A stretch of 64,000 nucleotides of DNA from Camelus dromedarius (Eukaryota): positions 97,652,001 to 97,716,000 of the forward strand of contig NC_087437.1 of assembly GCF_036321535.1 (NCBI RefSeq), in the 5' to 3' direction. Shown here one piece after another: positions 12,621-26,799 of this stretch. Position 1 is the stretch's first letter. Every line of letters starts with the position of its first letter. The notes beneath the pieces are model-generated. The model saw nothing but the letters and a program-made list of their open reading frames with translations, made no database searches and was not told the DNA's origin. Both the position numbers and the translations under genes were made by a program.

Positions 12621-15379
12621 ATTCCCATTCTCCACTGTCGATTAAACAGGCTGGTAACTGTCGGTGCCTGCCGGAACCAAGCTCAGAAGTCTTCTGCAAA
12701 CAGGTGAGGACGCCCCAGTCACAGTCACTGGGAGAAGTCGGACCAAGTCAATCCTAGAAAACGTGGTTTCTGATTCTGAGTCACTTGCAGGTGAATTCAA
12801 GCTGCTTATTTAAAAAAGGTACTTGTTTTTATTCTTACTCTTAAATGAACATTTTTTTTTTTCAGTTAGACCTTTTTCTTTGCAATTTTGGGCAGTAAAA
12901 ACTTTGTCTCAGTAACAGTATATGGGGTCTTAACATTCATGTGTACTTTTGTATAAGAATTTGTAAGAAATTAAGTACTGCACTCTGAATTTCACTACTG
13001 ATTTCTTTCATGTCTACCATGTTAGAATGCCAAGTATTATGCTAAAACATGGAATAAATTTCCCACTTTTAACAATTCAGTTAGCACAATACAATTATGC
13101 ATTCCATGTAACACATGTCAATATTTTTTGTACTTTAGTGAAAATATGAGGTTTTCATTTTTTTAAAGTTACTAAAAGTACAGTTGCATGAAATCTTTAT
13201 TTTTTTAATAAATATAATTTGAAAATTGCTGATACTCATCTCATTACCTTCTAATTATTTTCACTTTTCTATTGTGGTGAACTAAAAGACTTTCCTTGAA
13301 ATCACATTTGGTGTGATTGGCTAGTTCCGTCTAATTCTCAAATGATAGGAAAAGGCTCCAATGATGAGCATATGGTGGAAGTGTTGGCAACTGGTGAAAA
13401 GTACTCTTGGATGCCTTACCCCATTTTAGATTTGGAACGTAAAGCTGTTACCACATGGTACAAAGTAGTAGCTAAATAATTCCTTTCTTCTCATGATTTG
13501 ACTCTTGCTCATTTTTTAAAAATCTCTATTTTGTGCCATTTAGATTTGTTTCAATTCTATCTGAAGTAGTAGTAAAAAGCTGTCTTCTTTCTCAACGACT
13601 GTGGTGTTCTAACAATTGAGTTGTGTAAGCAGCATGAGACTGACGAAAATTTTCTAACCTGACATAACTAATCATGGCTTTCCTCACATCACTAGCTTCT
13701 AAGAGCAATGCTACTCCTTATTTGGATAATTGGAATGTCTTATTAATATGCTGAAATGTCCAGCAGCTAATCACTTTGATGTTGAACATTGTTGTTGAAG
13801 GTGAACGGGAGAGGAAGGGGGGAGCGGTGAAGGGTGACTGGACCTTAATGCACTACTAAAGATATGAAAGCCACAAAATAAGTTTCCTTAAATTATTCAT
13901 TTATTCTGACTCAACCTGCTGCTTGAAAATGGCATCTGATCTGGTGCTTTGTTCCCTACGTTTTCCCAGACGGAGGATGCGGGAATTGCTTCCATTCACA
14001 TTTTGTTTCTTCCCTTTGTTATTAACAGTTCTGAGTTTGCTTATTTGAAAAGCGTGGTTTATAGCTTACAGGGTAGTTGAGACTACATGAAACTTTTTAT
14101 ACATGCTAAAATACTGTGAAGAGTATCTTTTAATAAGCATTACAACGTCTCCTTGGAACTTGACCGTAGCTACAAGGTCTATGTCACAGCTCTTTGTGGT
14201 CATGAAGTTAAGCATTAGCAATGTTCAGTAAGTGCTGCTTTGCTAGGGGCTGGATGGTTGGTTGTGCATTTGTGGGTGGGGTCTGGTACAAAAGTGAACA
14301 GGATCCAGTCCCTGCCCTTCAGTGCAGCAGGATGAGAGGGGAGGAGGAAAAGGGAGGGGCTATCTAGTTGCAGATAAGCCTAAAACTGCTGATAGAGGTT
14401 CATTTTGTATATCTCAGGTAGACTTTTAAGTTTTTATAAGAGGAAAGAGACAATATCAGACCTGAAATCAAGGAAGATTATTCTAGAAGCATGGTGTGGT
14501 CATCACTGTTGGGAGTTTGGGAGGTAAGGAGGGAATTACTAAGAGTTCTCTGGATTAGTCTTGGAAAGGAGTAATATAAATTACAACCAGGTGTACGGAA
14601 GCAGAAATAAAAGCTTGAAATAAAAACTGTTAAAGCCACTGACAGAATTTGGGGGCTGGTGATAGAAGGTAACATAAAAATATCAGATATAAAAGGACCA
14701 AGAACTTGCCAAAAGTGAAGTTAAGTGGAGTGGAATGGAAAGAGATGGAATTTGGACTCTATGAAGACTTGAAATTCCTCACTTTATTTCTCACCAATTG
14801 TCTCATCTCAGAAAAGACGTTTTGCACCATGGAAAGATAGTTTTAACTATTACTTTCAAAATATAGTTTGGAAAGAGATCTGAAAATATTGAGGTTGCAC
14901 AGAACACATGGCCTCCAGAAGGAGCGAAGAGAGAGGTGGAAGGATTTTCAGACAGAGGAAATGAAGACCACAGGGGGTCCGAGGCCAGGAAGCACAGTGC
15001 CAGACGGTACCTTGTCCCTGTGACCCACAGAGTTGCCTCTGCCCTTGTAACAAGAGGGAGCCACTGAAGAACTGTTAAACATTCATCCCTTTCAGAGGGT
15101 GCACAGATTAAAAAGAAGCAAAAGGGTACAGGGAGAGCTAAAAGACCATGACAAGAGTGTTGCCTAGAGCCCAAGCTTAAGGAGAAACGAATACAGAGCA
15201 GTTAATCTCTGCAGACAAAAAGATTCTGTAAAATTCACCACTTAAATTACTGCAGCCCTAACCATTGTCAGAGATAGCTGGACACTATTAAAGGTCACAG
15301 TGGAAAAAAAAAATGTTCAATGTCCAACTCTACTCTGTTACAGTTAAAAAAAAAAAAAAGAAAAAAACTATTATTTGAT

Positions 15380-15545
15380 TTATTTAACAAAAAATGTGTG
15401 CCAAAGGCTTGTCTAAGTACTTTCTATGTATTTCTTATACCAATATAGTAAGGTGAACTTCACTGGCTCAGTTTTACAACTGAGGCTCAGGGAGGTTTAG
15501 AAACTTGACCATCACCACACAGGTAGGAAGTTGCACACTCTAGGC
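15380..15545 (-). mobile_element. MIR SINE
   Basis: 'caactgaggctcagggaggtttagaaacttgaccatcaccacacaggtaggaagt'. Confidence 0.7.
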
Positions 15546-18489
15546 CCCTCTAAACTGTGGGCTAAACTCCCAATGACTGAGCTGACTTCAGCACTATTCT
15601 CCTCAGTGACATTATTCCCTTGCTTCAGTTTAACCCACTTACAGAGCAACTGTCCATTTTCAGAGTTTACAATTTTGTTTGTATTTGATTGATTGCTTTT
15701 AGGTTGTCTTTTACCTGGGGACCTTTGGGGAGTTTTCTTAATTTATTGGCAACATATTAAATGACAGTTTATAGTGTTCAGTTTCTATTTATGAGATGTT
15801 TTCTTAAGGCCAGCACCATCCCCAGTGGTGGATCCTTACAGACTGGAAGAGCTGACTTTGGTATGCTCATATCTTCATGACTTTTTCCTTAAATATTGTT
15901 CTTTAGAACCCGTCTACTTCTGGGTCTACAGAAGTCTATCTTTGTTGTTACAAAGTCTACACCATCCTTTGTTAATCTTGTAAGTCCTTACAACATGATA
16001 TGTAGTTAGGGAAAAAAAGGTAAAGGTAAATTTAGCTGTAATGACTTTTTGTTTATTATCATTTATTATTGAAGCACAGCTAGCCTTAAAATGGCCTCGA
16101 ATGGCAAATGAGTTGTTTACTTTAAAAGCACAGCTTAGATTAGCAACAAAAAAGGGCATCCTAACTTACTTAAGTCTTGTGACTGAAAAATAACCTTTCT
16201 ACAAGAATGGAGAATAAAATGCCATATTAGATTTCACTTTTTTGCACGTTTCAATGGCTTAACTGACTTTAGCAGGTACTAATCAAAGTGAATTAGGGCT
16301 GGACTTTTGAAACTATTCTGAGGGTTACATATTTAATCTGAAAAAACCTGGACTGTTTTCAGAAAAAAAAAATTAAATAGAAGTGGTTTCTCCTGACATC
16401 AAATTTAGTAGTAATTTTCCATTATACATACAATTTGGAGGGTTTGTCAAAATTTAAACTACATTTCTTCTCTTAGTTCCCTGGGCCATAGTTCCTGTTG
16501 ACTAGAGGGATTCCATCAATTTATCAATAATCAAAGCCTCTACATGGGTCTTTTAGAATCCCTATATATTACAATGTGTGGAGTTCCAACAAACACATAC
16601 ACACACACCTCAAATCACATCTGTGTTGGGGAAAGATCATTACCAGAAAAAGGACAATGTTATATAAAGATATTTAAGGTATTCTTTTTAAGGGAGACAT
16701 CTAAACAGTATTAACCACTCAAAGTTTTCAGTTACTTTGCAAGCCCATGAGGCAAATCATCCCACAAAATGTACTGTCTGTGTAACATAAGTAGCTATAC
16801 TTAAAGTTTAAAACTATGACCTGTGAAATTTACATGAAGGGATACCGTGCAAGTTTATTTATTTCTAGTATAAGGAGAAAAATTTGTAATGAGATTTTCC
16901 TAGGAAGCAGTGTTTTAAAAATGTATGTAAACAACTTTGTTGAAATCTGGAATTCATGGTTATCACTTTGACAGGAACATTTAAATGATGTGTTAGTATA
17001 CGTATAACATTTTAAGTCTAGGAAATAAGCTACCTAGTCTCATCTTAAAATGTGCCAAAAGACCAAGCTTAAATTTATGAAAGAAAAATAATACATAACA
17101 TTCTACACGGCTTACTGAACACCAGGCACTGGTCGACATGTTTTACATATATTAACTTGTTTAACGGAATGAGGAACATAATCTGTTTCAACATCACCTA
17201 AGTAAGCTTAACAACCAAGCAGCTGATATAGAAATAACTGGCTACAGATGGAACTACTGAGTTTACTCAGAAGGAAATGTTCGCCAACTACTGGTGTGGT
17301 GAAAACAGAGTCGTGATGAGACACTTATGGAGGAATGAAAAACACTCAAATTTGGAAAATATATTAAACGTGAGGACATTTTTAAGTTTCACTGAGTTTT
17401 TCACTGGCATTATAACTTTTTCAAGAATCTGATCATGATACTACACATGCTGCATTTTACAAGCTCTCTTGTTATATCATCACGTTAACAGAAGGAGTGT
17501 GGGTGAATCCCCTGCTATTCAATCCACTGAGGAAGACACATCTGTCTACCTACTGCAAATAAGAAATTCGATAGAAATAAGCTTAACTTAATGCCTCCCC
17601 CATGAAAATTCGCAGGTAAGGAATATTTGAACAGATCTGAATATCTGTCATAAATAATGACAAAATGCTTTAAAATATCTTACCACCAGAGATTATGTCA
17701 CTAACTTATGATTGGGCTTCTCCCTTCATATTAGTTTCAGTATATGGTAATTATATTTAAGCAGCATGACAATAAAATTAATTATAAACATAAAATCAAA
17801 ATAAATATGCGTCTAAGGAAAATACATGATTAGATTTCCATACACAAATTTAATTTCATACACACAGCCCATTTGTAATCATAAGGATGTGGATTTAGTG
17901 AACGCCTAACATGGTCATGTCATCGTGTCAAGAGCTAACTCTATTCAACAGATTTATGATAACGTTGAGGGTAAAGTTACCTCTACATGTACGTATTCCC
18001 ATTTTTTTTGACTCAACTTGAAAGTAAACAGTCTTCATTTTTATTCATAAAATATTATTATAAACTTCTGAATCTAAAAGTGCAAGCTTTAAAAAAATCC
18101 AATTTATTTGAAATGTTTTCAGTATAAAGTAAGTTAAATTTAATTCAGAATATATTAGACATAAAATATCTCATCACACACTGAGCATAAAAGTATATTA
18201 TGGTAGACTGTAAAATATTTAGGTCCAGCCCTAAGAATTGTGCTATAAATAGGGTACTAGTGGGTTTGCACTATCTGCTCAATGCTTGGCATCACAGAAC
18301 AGCTTTAGTTGCTGAATAAGAGTTGGCCTGACACAGGCATCAGACAAGCAATTCTCCTTAAAAACAACCGTTATAGATTTCATGTATTATCTAAATGATC
18401 CACAAATGTTTGCTAATGAGGTCTTTTAAAAAGCCAAACTGGGGGCTAGTGAAGGTCACTTACCAGGTCATCAAAAGGCTGTATTATAT

Positions 18490-18680
18490 ATCAACCAAGA
18501 ACATATACACAAGAGTCAGACTGCCAGGGTTTGAATTTGGCCCTATTGCCTACTTAAATTACACAGTCTCTCAATGCCTCTACTTCTCCATCTGTAAAAT
18601 CCCAGCGCCTATCTCTCTGAAACATTATGGTATTACTTAGAATTAAAAATGCAAGAATTTTTAAGTACTACTATTAAGTT
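18490..18680 (+). mobile_element. MIR SINE
   Basis: 'gagtcagactgccagggtttgaatttggcc...tgcctctacttctccatctgtaaaat'. Confidence 0.75.
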
Positions 18681-19774
18681 GCCTATTGTATTCATGGCAT
18701 TAGTATTAAAATGGTAACTCGACTTAGAATTGTGGTAGTTTCTCTCAGACTAATTCATTCTAATCAAAAAAAAAAAAATTCAGGTGATACAGGACCAGAC
18801 TTAGAAGAAATATTAAATGCAGGTGGAAGACAATCAGTAGCTGATTAGCAGGAGTTTGAGTTAATCAGTGAAAGGCATTGAATTAATTTCATAAATATCA
18901 TTTCCCTCTTCAAGCCAAATTTTAAGACATTCTTCTATTTGTCCTTCCCACCTCCGTTTCTTTCCCCACACTTGTAGCCAGTCTTCACCATATGACATAT
19001 GTCCTGATCTGGATAAACTTTCTATGCCTCAATTTTTCACCTAAGAACACAGAATAATTTTTTTTAATTTTTACATAGCTTTTAAGATAGAATTGAAGAT
19101 AGGCTATTAATAGCAATATGAAGTGAAGAATTATTTGCCTTTTCCTGACTTTTGCTTTTCAAGTGAGAGCCCAGAGTTAATCAAGCCTAGAAAACTCACA
19201 CCAACAAATATATACTCAAATTTGGGAAAGATATGTTAATAACAAAATTATTGATTTTTATTAAGGAATAAGCACCATAAGAACCAAACTGCCTGAGAAC
19301 TCTGTTCCTTTCCAAATAACCACTTAGGTTTGGCCAACATAATGTCAAAAGCACAAGGAATTTCCATCTCTGTTTCTAAAAATTTTCAATATATCAACCC
19401 TTCTAAAAGGAAAAAATAAAAATTTAACTTCTATCAAACTGCTTATGCTTACAGCTCTTATAGAATTATAAAATAAATTCAATACATATAACCACATAAT
19501 AAATTAAAATTAATAACAAATTTAATATGATAATGTTTTGCTGAAACTAATTTGATAGTGTTTGGTTCAGTAATAAACAGAATCACCTATAAATAAACTA
19601 CCAAAAGTGAAACAATTGTTTTGAATTTTAAACTAGAAATCAATAATATTAGTTACTATAAAATTATTATTAAGTTTTCTACTAATGGTATAGAATCAAA
19701 TCAAAAACAAGATCTTTCCAAGTTAACTCCATGATAATGCTACATTAGGTAACACACTGTGGGGGAAAAAAAAA

Positions 19775-19980
19775 GCACAACCATTAAATCTGCCAGTCCC
19801 GATTTTAAATTTGATCTCTGTCATTTACTGAATATAATGAGGAACACTGACTATTTCTGAATCTGTTTTCCCAGCTATAAGTAAGAATTGCTGCTTGGAA
19901 AAATCATGAAGCTTAAGAGATTTGATTAACATATAAAACTTCAGCATGGTCTTAGTATTTAGTAGCTATCCAATAATTAT
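19775..19980 (+). mobile_element. MIR SINE
   Basis: 'ttttaaatttgatctctgtcatttact...ttctgaatctgttttcccagctataag...tagtagctatccaataatt'. Confidence 0.6.
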
Positions 19981-20128
19981 TAATCACAATCAATTTATTT
20001 GCTTTTGGATTAAGAAATAGTTAAATATTTACTGTATGTTGCATTGTACAATTACATTTATATAAAAAGCTTTTAATAATTTATTTTTTTATTTTTTATT
20101 TTTTTTTTTTACAACTTTCCTCTTTTTT

Positions 20129-20163
20129 CTACACTTGATCTTAGCCAAAAGGCCAACAAAGGT
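20129..20163 (-). pseudogene. U2 snRNA retrocopy, 3'-truncated (about the first 35 nt), followed by an A-rich tail
   Basis: Minus strand reads GGCCTTTTGGCTAAGATCAAGTGTAG, 26 nt identical to the U2 5' region. An A-rich tail follows (plus-strand T tract 20080-20128). Possible imperfect TSD: agctttta / agcctttta. Confidence 0.9.
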
Positions 20164-23100
20164 AGCCTTTTAGGAACTATGTTAATTAACATAAGCATTT
20201 TTTCTGGGTGAACGTTTGTGAGAGAGATTATATAATTTACGTACAGAATTTAAGTATTAAGTAACTTTAAGAATCATGATCTGACTCTGAAGTGTTTCAA
20301 ATAAACTATTTCAAATATCAACAGTGATTTCCTTGTTTTCTCATGACAAAAATGTTATGATGAAAATATCTCACTCATAGAGGTTTTAAAAGCATTTTCG
20401 GCTCTAGAACTGTAGGCACTGATAAATGAATAATATCAAAATACTACTGGATGAATGCAATCATGCAAAAAGCATTAGATTGTCTATTTTCTCATATGAA
20501 TCAGAGCTTATCCACTTCAGGTTTCAAGGAAACACTAATCATGAGACAAAGAAAACAGAGAGAAGTCCAAACCACCAAAATAACTGTCCAGGCATTATCA
20601 CATTAGGATGCAGCAGATCAAAAATGTGGTCTCCAGATCACGTATGCAGCCACATCAGTTACTCAGGAGGAGCCATTTTTGATATGAAATTTCAACACTT
20701 TGTATTCAGATAATCATGCCCCAGAAATCCATAGATTCCATGTTATTTTGCTATTGGCAATTCTCGAAAATTACGCCATTGTTACCAAAAGCACTCCCAA
20801 GATAAGAACTCCCCTGCCAGCACATGCCATGAATTTGTTTCCCAGGATGTTTGTCATTAACGTGTTTACAAAAAGGCTTGATTGCGTCACTTTCCCAATG
20901 ATCAAACTCCATTAGAGGGAAAGAATGTAATTCATGCCTGCTGCTTAACTATTTATGTCCTACTTGGATGGGTAGGATAAAAACAAAATTTGGAACATAG
21001 TAGTCCCTTTAAAAGAAGAGAAAGCCACGAGTGAGCTACATACGGAGACATTCAGTCCATGAGGTTGGAGATAAATTGTGACCACCAGAATGAAGCAAAG
21101 TCAGGACCAATATTCAGAGCAGAGATCAAGATGTGACTAGAGAAAAGACAAAACAACCAGGAACAGAAGTTATATCAGAAATGGAAGTCGAGACAAAGTA
21201 TATCTCACTAGGAAAAAAAAAAAATCAGGAGAACTGGAAGGGCATAGGCATGGGAAGGAAGGACCAAATGATCTAAACAAGTCAGAAGGTAGATCAAGGT
21301 AGAGCTCAAAAACCATTCAGACTGTCTGGGCATCAGTGTCACTGTCAGCAACAACTTTCTGCTCTTCATTCTGCTGGAGCAGGAGCAAGCAGATATGTGA
21401 TCACTCCAGCCTGGAGAGGAGACTGTATACATAGAAACTATGTTTTTACACCAAGCCTTTTCAACCATATACCACACAATCAGTAACCAATAAAAGTGAA
21501 TTTGGGGAACTCAAAACCAGAATTTTCCTTGATTGCTCCTACTCCCTATTATATGCCTGTGTTTAGCTGTGTAATACCTTATTTTCTGGTAAGATTTTAA
21601 TCCCATTCATAGCATTTTGCTAGTCATTCTACCTTTATAATAGATCCAAGTTCTCCAGTCTTCACTTTTTATACCTTCCATAGATAGAGGTGAGCTATTT
21701 TAGGAAACTTCACTCACAGTCAACTAAATGTCAAGTTCTAGGCTATTGTCTTTACATACACTATGCAGAACCCACTTTTTTTTCTTTTTTATTTTAAAGA
21801 ATTTTGTGATCCCTTTCTTGGTTTATTAAATACAATTTCTCAGACATCTACAATTCTGTGTGAATTCTGATTCTGTGGGGAGCCAGGACATGACACTAAC
21901 TGAACAGACTCCTCAAGAGACCTACAAGCTGTCAACTGTATAAAGATTTCTTTTTGTAGTGCAATGTTTCAGTTCACTGCACACAACATCAAAACCCCAA
22001 GATCAGAGAGAATGCAAAATATATTTTAACTGATACTTAAGAAAAAACACATTCAACCCTCAAAGTATTCTTGAAGAAAAAGAAATTATTCAAAATATTT
22101 TCTATATCCATATCCAAACAGCAGAATCCTGCAGTTAACTATCATTTTCAGTAGTGACCTAGCAATTATCTTTGACTCCTTGGTGAATATTTTTCTTTTC
22201 ACTATTATCATACGATGAAAGCCTAAAAATACTTCAAGTCAGCCACCAACAAAAGCAAAAAAGAACTGATAGTATGAACCCGAGGGACTGCCTGGAAAAA
22301 AGTCATGAACAGGAAAATATATTTGCATGTATTTGGCTGTCTAGTGAAGCAGACCAATTATACAGTTCCCAAAAGGTAGCTTAGAGACAGAAAATTACTT
22401 CAAATAGCTTTTTAGTCTATTAGATTGATTATGTATGACCTAGTGATAGTTTAAATTTTAGTCTAGATTGAAAAGTTAAAAAAAAAAAACTATGAGGTAT
22501 GTTACTCAAAAGAGCAAGCATATGGAGGACTACATATGCAATTACTTATTTCATAATGCTGAAAATTTGTTTTTGAGCAACCACAAAAAAACACTCCATT
22601 ATATTTTTATACATGGATTTTAATCTGATGAACTGAAATGACCTTGTATCAGCCTGGGGGAAAAACCAAGTACACAGCATTATGATCACCTCAAAACTCA
22701 GGAATTTGCATGCAGAATGGCTTCAACAGTAGATAACTGTACAAAGAGGAGAGTTAATTCCTTTGCTTAAAGATACAGACTTAGAATAAAACTTGCCTGA
22801 GTTTCTGGAGAGTTTCATGCCACTTTCAGCCTTCATTCTTTCTCTGCTCTGAAAACAGATTTTGAGGAACTGGATTCTACTTTTGGATTTCATTTGCCAA
22901 AGGAATTATCATGACCCTTTCTCTATCTCATAAGACCTAATTTCACCATCATTTTAGCCTTTTCTTGTTTCAACCTGTATGCTTCGTTTTCATTGAAGGA
23001 ATTAAGGGAATAATTTTTTTTTTAAAGACAACAGGCCAAAGTGGGATTGCTTAGACTAACATTCGTAAGAATTAGATCTCTGAATTGTGACTTGTGAATT

Positions 23101-23433
23101 TGCTTTCAGGTTCCTATTGACTGGTTTGTTTCTCTCTCAGGGACAGCTACTGTCTTCCTGTTGGTCTTGTTTTATGTTCTGAGAACATGGCTGGGCAATC
23201 ATCAGGTTGGGGGGGCCCAGAAATAATGGCCTATACTCTTGATCACTATGCCCAATTACCTTGAATAGCAGTCAAGACTAGAGAGAGAGAGCATAATGTT
23301 ATCACAATAGGCATAATTAATGAAAACTGGATAAATATCACTTCTAAAATGAATATTTTAATTTTGTCTGTAAGACAGAACAAGTAGACTCTGGTGAGAG
23401 AAAGGATTTCAAGCACATGTTGATTATACCTGC

Positions 23434-23900
23434 TGTGATCATTAATTTTGTGTGTCGACTTGACTGGGTCATGGGGTGCCCAGATTAAACTTTATTTCCA
23501 TGCACATCCAAAAGAGTAACATTTGAATTTGTGGACTCAGTAGACTTCCCTCCCCAATGTGGGTGATCATCATCCAATCCACTGAAGGCTTGAATAAAAT
23601 AAAAGACAGAGGAAGGAAGTATTTGCTCCCTTCCTGCCAGTCTCATTGAGCTAGGATATCATTTTTCTTATTCTTCTCCTGCCCTTGAAGATTTATACCA
23701 TCAGCTTCCTTGGTTCTAAGGTCTTCAGACTCAGACTGCAACTACACCACTTTTTTTCCCTGTATCTTCAGCTTGCAGACAACAGATGGTGGGACTTCTC
23801 AGCTTCATAAGCATGTGAGCCAATGCCTCACAATAAATCCCTTAACATATTCTATTTTATATAGTTTGTTTGTTGTGTTTCTCTGGAGAACCCTAATACA
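23434..23900 (+). mobile_element. MLT2 (ERVL) solo LTR
   Basis: TG...CA termini 'tgtgatcattaattttgtgtgtcgacttgactggg' and 'ctctggagaaccctaataca'; AATAAA near the 3' end; 5-bp TSD cctgc/cctgt. Confidence 0.92.
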
Positions 23901-25169
23901 CCTGTCTTACAGGGGACATGGGTCTTAAATCCTTGTTCTTAATCCTCTTTCATCTCGGAGAGAGGTTTCTAGTAACATCTCAGGATGTCGCTTTCCTTTA
24001 GACTTTGCTTATTCACTGTTGTTATCAATGGAATGGATAAAGATATGGACTGCAAACATATGTTAGACTTAATTAAAGATTCAAAAGTAATGTGCCTAAG
24101 TATATAAAACCAAATTTACCAGCAACACATTATCAAGTTCTATATTTAGGTTTATGAAATATAAGTATTTAAGATGCCCAAACTTGAAACACATGTCTCA
24201 GTGTTGTAGCAGTTGGGGTTCATTTGTCTTACTGTATAGACGAAGAGCAAGTGTAACATTTTTATATTTTTCTCAATATCCTTAGCAGCTATAGTAGTAA
24301 CTTACTACCTAAAATTTGTTCAATTATACATGTTAGATGGATTAATACATTAATGAATCAATGAATACACAATGGAAAACTTAGAAGTATTTTATTTTGC
24401 AAAGATCAGAATGAATTAGTTTACTATAAGCTAAATTTCTGCTGGTCCTACTTAAGGGATAAAAGTGCAGTAAGATTAAAAGAATTTTAATTTCATCATA
24501 AAAGAATGGTTAAAAAGTTATATTGTCAGACCACAAGCCAAATATTGTGATTATTTTCTTGGCCTCTCTCATGGGAGATGTTAATATAACACAATGCATA
24601 TACTTCAAAATATGATGATTGCTTTGAACTTTATAAAAAATGTGTATAACTATGAGGTTGCCCATGTTCAATTCAAAGAAAATAAGAAATTGGTCCTTGC
24701 ATATGTAAAGGTAATTGGTCCTAGCATATTTAGCAGAGAGGTTTAGGATGTTGTAGGTCTCTTAATTTTAAAATGATTGGAAGTTGAAATTTAAGAGAAA
24801 AAAATGAAATTTGTAGATCTCAAAAAAATTCCATTAACCTCAAAATATGAAAGTCACTTTATAAAGAATATTAGCAGTAACTATATTGGCTGTTTCACAA
24901 AGTTGTTAATTTTTGTTTAACAGGATTCAGACAGTCTTTCACTAATGTCACTGAAGAAACACATTTTCTACTCAATGACCTCTAAGGGCCCCCCAATTCC
25001 ACATTCAAGGTTGTGTGATTTCATAACCTGAACAATAATATAGACTCCTAATGAATTCATTCTACAGCTTATGGCTTATTTTGGTATTTAAATGTTGTGA
25101 GATAAAGCCACACTGCATAGCTGGTGTGATTATAGTAAGAGAACATGGTTAAAAGCCTTTAGGAAGAGC

Positions 25170-25191
25170 TTTTTTTTTTTTTTTTTTTTTT
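25170..25191. repeat. poly(T)22 tract
   Basis: Direct reading. Confidence 0.95.
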
Positions 25192-26799
25192 AATATAAAG
25201 CAAAGTTATGGATAAGAAGTATCATGGATATCCAAATAATGATGTGAGGTCAGAAATGTGGACAAGTTAATAAATCCAGAAATGCTATATTTTTTTAATG
25301 GTAATATGTCAAATGGTAAAATGGTAAAACTATTCTACTAACTGTGTATGGGAAGGACTAACCAGAAGGAAGATTGAAAGCTGAAAATTAAGCAGGAACC
25401 TTCATTTCTTGACTGAATATCTTGAAGATAGCACTGGGATAATATTATCAAGAGGTTTAGTACCCATGTGGGGAAAGAGGCTGCATGTGAGCTGAGATAT
25501 GAGATTAAATCTCAAATGACATTGTGAAAATAATTATAAGATTTCAACCATCAGGTCTCATTTATTTCATAGCTTCACACTACTGTTGATTAATTTTAGT
25601 CAGTATCAATTAATGAGCCAAATAAGGGCTGATAAATCTCATTGGGTTAAGAGGGTCAGAAAGTGTTATGCTTTTTTGAGTCTGAAATGACACGTAAAAT
25701 GTTTAGGATACTTCAGAGCACACAGTAAGTACTTAACACAGTGCTGGCATTCCTTAAAATTACTGTAGTGTTTAAGGAAACAGGGGGTCAAATCGTATTA
25801 TGTGAATAGTGATAATGGAAAAAAGCAAAGAAAGACTAGCAAAGACAGTATTTGTAAAGGAAAACAAGAAAAATGACTGATTAAAAGCTGAGGCTCAAGA
25901 GGAAAAAAACTTAGAGACAATAAAATGAGCATGGAAAATCCAAGTAGCCAAGCAGGAAACAAATCATCATCATCAAAGCAGCAGTGATGCCGCTAATGAG
26001 TTGGTAGGAGGGACGTAACTTCCTTGTTTGGTACTCACAGTGTTAGAACTCAGGTGCTCAAGTAAACACAGATAGAGTCTGACAAATGGCAAGAAGGATA
26101 ATCTAAAGGTGAACTTGAAAAAGTCAGTTACTCACTAGGTATTGTCAAAAGTGCCAAGTACTGAATGACACTCAATTTATCAGGAATCTGAGACCAGAAT
26201 TTTGTGAAATGATGACAGTAAATGCTAAAAGTTAACAGCATCCTCAGCCATAACAAAAACACAATGGCACAGGGTCCGGTCAAAATAATTTAATAGCATG
26301 AGGCCAGTAGCAGAACAAGAAAAATGCAATACTGAGGAAGCAGAGGTTAAGGATTCCTGAAAGAAGGGAATGGTTAGGCATACTAAGCACATGACATAAA
26401 TCATTTTATTCTGCCTGCCTAATTTTTCTTCTAATCTACCAAAGAAGCAATGCTGACCTCCTCCCAAGGACATGTTCTAGAAGTTAAAGGCATTTAAATC
26501 CTTGTGAAGTGTAATGAAATACAATGAAATAGATTTTTTTAAAATAGAGCTATAGGTGCTTGATATTTACATGAATAGTTTGCTTCAATGTATTAATATG
26601 TAAATCTTACCCACGAGTAAAATAATTCATGAACATAGTGCAAATGAAAATGAGCATATAACTTGTTAATCTAACGAATATGATTAAAAGTGTGAATCAG
26701 AGAACTGCACTCCTGATATTTCAGTAATAAAAGTTAACCTTTATTCAATTAATTTATTTTTAATTTTTAACACCTATTTTGGGATCATCATCATTCTCA

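Noticed and set aside
13342..13479. 45-codon + strand ORF MIGKGSNDEHMVEVLATGEK...
   Set aside because: No convincing splice sites, weak start context, not recognised; length compatible with chance
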